This document shows, in pieces, positions 63,317-64,000 of a stretch of 64,000 nucleotides of DNA; within the stretch, counting starts at the first letter, position 1, and each line of letters begins with the position of its first letter. Made by a program: the position numbers and the translations under genes. A model generated the notes under the pieces. It worked only from the letters and a program-made list of their open reading frames with translations. It searched no databases and was not told the origin of the DNA. The DNA is from Tubulanus polymorphus (taxonomy: Eukaryota; Animalia; Nemertea), in contig NC_134031.1 of NCBI RefSeq assembly GCF_964204645.1, positions 12,154,088-12,218,087 on the forward strand. Reading direction: 5' to 3'.

Positions 63317-63686
63317 CGTTATACCATCTTTATCAAATCCACAGGTAGTTACTTAATGCAAGTAGGCCCTATATAACACACTCTTATTCATAAGCTGGAC
63401 TCGCGTTTGATATTTGGAGTAAGTGTTCGCCGCGGGGGATAGGAGATCGTTTCTAGGTCACATGAAATGTTTATTAAGTTGTATGTGACCTTTAGGCCCA
63501 ACCGTTATACCATCTTTATCAAATCCACAGGTAGTTACTTAATGCAAGTAGGCCCTATATAACACACTCTTATTCATAAGCTGGACTCGCGTTTGATATT
63601 TGGAGTAAGTGTTCGCCGCGGGGGATAGGAGATCGTTTCTAGGTCGCATGAAATGTTTATTAAGTTGTATGTGACCTTTAGGCCTA
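63317..63686. repeat. Near-identical tandem duplication, 186-bp period
   Basis: CGTTATACCATCTTTATCAAATCCACAGG...GTATGTGACCTTTAGGCC occurs twice. Confidence 0.93.
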
Positions 63687-64000
63687 CTGAGCTTTACAGT
63701 CTCAAACACATTATAATTGTTGTGATTATCAATGGACTCATAGATTGATCTTCAAAACAAATTTTGCAATAAAAATACAGCAACATTGAATACCCCAGAG
63801 ACCTATCCCTGTCAAGTGAGGTGTAGGAATACGATGTTTAGGAATGTTGAAATTCAGTAGGCCTCAGCCCATTATGTCTGGATACATAAGCCTACCAGGT
63901 TAAGCTAAGTTCCCTATAAATGATGAATCAGATTTATTAGAATACATGTATTAGTGATTAACTGGTCTGACATGCAATGATCAATCACAATTATAAATTA

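Overview
This is AT-rich eukaryotic DNA, probably from a marine invertebrate (inferred from the TE spectrum). It is a dense, nested transposon cluster with no host gene, rRNA, tRNA or CRISPR array that I can support. The most notable element is a decayed, GC-richer endogenous Polinton-like/adintovirus-type (MELD) DNA virus at about 17.2-24.5 kb. It carries protein-primed PolB, a major capsid gene split by an Academ-type MITE, an A32/FtsK packaging ATPase and three small ORFs, with a shared short upstream motif and no integrase visible. Retroelements include a DIRS tyrosine-recombinase element with a readable circle-junction ICR, Penelope fragments (one with a minimal hammerhead ribozyme), two BEL/Pao elements, three Gypsy remnants and a near full-length LINE whose ORF1 and ORF2 are separated by a single in-frame TAG. 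DNA elements include an ISL2EU transposon (THAP-DDE plus SAP-SWIM genes, AT TSD), two piggyBac remnants, Helentron-type non-autonomous elements with ~155-bp internal repeats, and hAT-like MITEs with atypical 5-6-bp TSDs. A 31-bp hairpin satellite with a ~350-bp higher-order repeat lies near the start. All family calls come from motif recognition by eye; no searches were run.
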